Part shown: positions 62,891 through 64,000 of the stretch, piece by piece
Layout: each line of letters opens with the position of its first letter
Numbering within the stretch: position 1 is the first letter of the stretch
Origin: Escherichia coli
GTDB lineage: Bacteria > Pseudomonadota > Gammaproteobacteria > Enterobacterales > Enterobacteriaceae
Direction: 5' to 3' (one strand)
Assembly: GCF_041886205.1 (NCBI RefSeq)
Contig: NZ_CP169029.1
DNA: 64,000 bases
Notes under the pieces: model-generated
The model's database searches: none
Told to the model about the DNA's origin: nothing
What the model saw: the letters and a program-made list of their open reading frames with translations, nothing else
Made by a program: the position numbers and the translations under genes

Positions 62891-64000
62891 TCAGGCTGTC
62901 GCCTGAATCATTTCGGTGGGTTCCTGCTTCAACGGGCGGCCTGACTGCACCATCCCTCCACAGGCAAGAACGGCGTGCCCCGCCGCTAAAATGTTACGAG
63001 CGCCATTTACATCGGCGTTCGCTGTATATCCACATACCTGGCATCTGAATTTACTTTGTGACAGGCGGTTCTCTTTCGCTGTATGACCACAGTACGCGCA
63101 ACGCTGGCTTGTATACGCTGGCGGAACAGCAAGCACCTGACCGCCACGCCAGAGCTGCTTGTACTCAAGCTGGCGGCGCATTTCATACCAGCCCTGATCC
63201 AGTATCGAACGGTTTAAACCTGATTTTGCCCGGACATTGCGCCCCGGCTGGCTGACCGTACCCGCTGCTGACTTTGACATGTTGCTGACCTTCAAATCCT
63301 CAATGACTATCATTGCGTGGTTTTTGCTGACGGTCGTTGTGACTTTGTGAAGGTAGTCCCTGCGGATATTTGCGATACGGGAATGCAGTCGCTGTATTTT
63401 GCGTTTCTGCTTCTGCCAGTTGTTGCTGAATTTGACCTTGCGGCTTAACTGTCGCTGAAGTCTCGCCAGCTTCTTCTGGTTTTTCTGAAAACTGTTTACA
63501 GGCTCAAAGACTGTACCATCTGACAGCGTGGCGAGTTTAGCCACGCCAGCATCCAGCCCGATCATTGATGCTGAAGGGTGAACCGGAGTTGATACTTCAC
63601 TTTCTGTCTGAATACTGATGTGCCACTTACCGCAGGACTGGCTGACCGTGACATTTTTCACAACACCCGTGACCTGACGGCTATTCCGGTAGCGCATCCA
63701 GCCCAGTTTCGGCAGAAAAATACGGCTGTTTTCCTGATCGAGCTTAACGCCCTGCGGGTAGCGGAATGCATCATTCTGTCCCCGCTTTTTGAATCGGGGA
63801 AAAGCAGCCCGCTTCTGGAAGAAGTTTTTGTAAGCCCGCTCAAGGTCTTTCAGTGACTGTTGCAATGGCTGTGACGGGGCATCTTTAAGCCATTGCGTTT
63901 CAGTGGCATTTTTCCACTCAACCAGCCAGGAAGCCATTTTCCCGTAAGGGATGTATTTATTACCGGCCTCATGATTCTCATTCTGACGTGCCAGAGCACG
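62891..64000 (-). CDS. tnpB: IS200/IS605-family TnpB (OrfB) protein, 5' end beyond the window
   Basis: C-terminal zinc finger CAYCGH...CQVCG and RuvC-like region; frame stays open upstream of the track's Met to position 64000; an 18-bp hairpin overlaps the stop. Confidence 0.8.
   Translation of the reverse strand, partial: RALARQNENHEAGNKYIPYGKMASWLVEWKNATETQWLKDAPSQPLQQSLKDLERAYKNFFQKRAAFPRFKKRGQNDAFRYPQGVKLDQENSRIFLPKLGWMRYRNSRQVTGVVKNVTVSQSCGKWHISIQTESEVSTPVHPSASMIGLDAGVAKLATLSDGTVFEPVNSFQKNQKKLARLQRQLSRKVKFSNNWQKQKRKIQRLHSRIANIRRDYLHKVTTTVSKNHAMIVIEDLKVSNMSKSAAGTVSQPGRNVRAKSGLNRSILDQGWYEMRRQLEYKQLWRGGQVLAVPPAYTSQRCAYCGHTAKENRLSQSKFRCQVCGYTANADVNGARNILAAGHAVLACGGMVQSGRPLKQEPTEMIQATA

Overview
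Escherichia coli chromosomal window with K-12-like synteny (gene identities are from reading the translated ORFs against remembered protein families; no database search was run). Three blocks: (1) 1-12.4 kb: dmsD-ynfHGFE (paralogous DMSO-reductase-type operon), ynfD, ynfC, speG, ynfB, ynfA, rspAB. (2) 12.5-36.65 kb: a ~24 kb defective lambdoid (Qin/Rac-like) prophage inserted in ydfJ, bounded by an 11-bp direct repeat. It carries int, xis, an IS629-disrupted exonuclease gene, a repressor/Cro-like/YdaT-like immunity module, an iteron-containing replication gene, a Q antiterminator with its late promoter-terminator unit, a moron island (lipocalin, DUF523-DUF1722, AraC regulator), a lysis cassette with frameshifted Rz, cspI, gnsB, lom, stf, tfa, pin and ydfK. 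No head or tail-shaft genes are present. (3) 36.65-64 kb: ydfJ 3' part, ydfIZHG, dcp, ydeJ, ydeI, dgcZ, mgrR sRNA, mgtS, ydeE, eamA, marBAR, a toxin-antitoxin pair lying between marR and marC, marC, sotB, yneKJ, sad, glsB, yneG, dgcF, uxaB, yneE, tam and a partial IS200/IS605-type tnpB at the window edge. No CRISPR array, tRNA or rRNA was found. No canonical multi-gene defence system was recognised; the best candidates for something new are the TA pair in the mar control region and the prophage moron island between Q and the holin.
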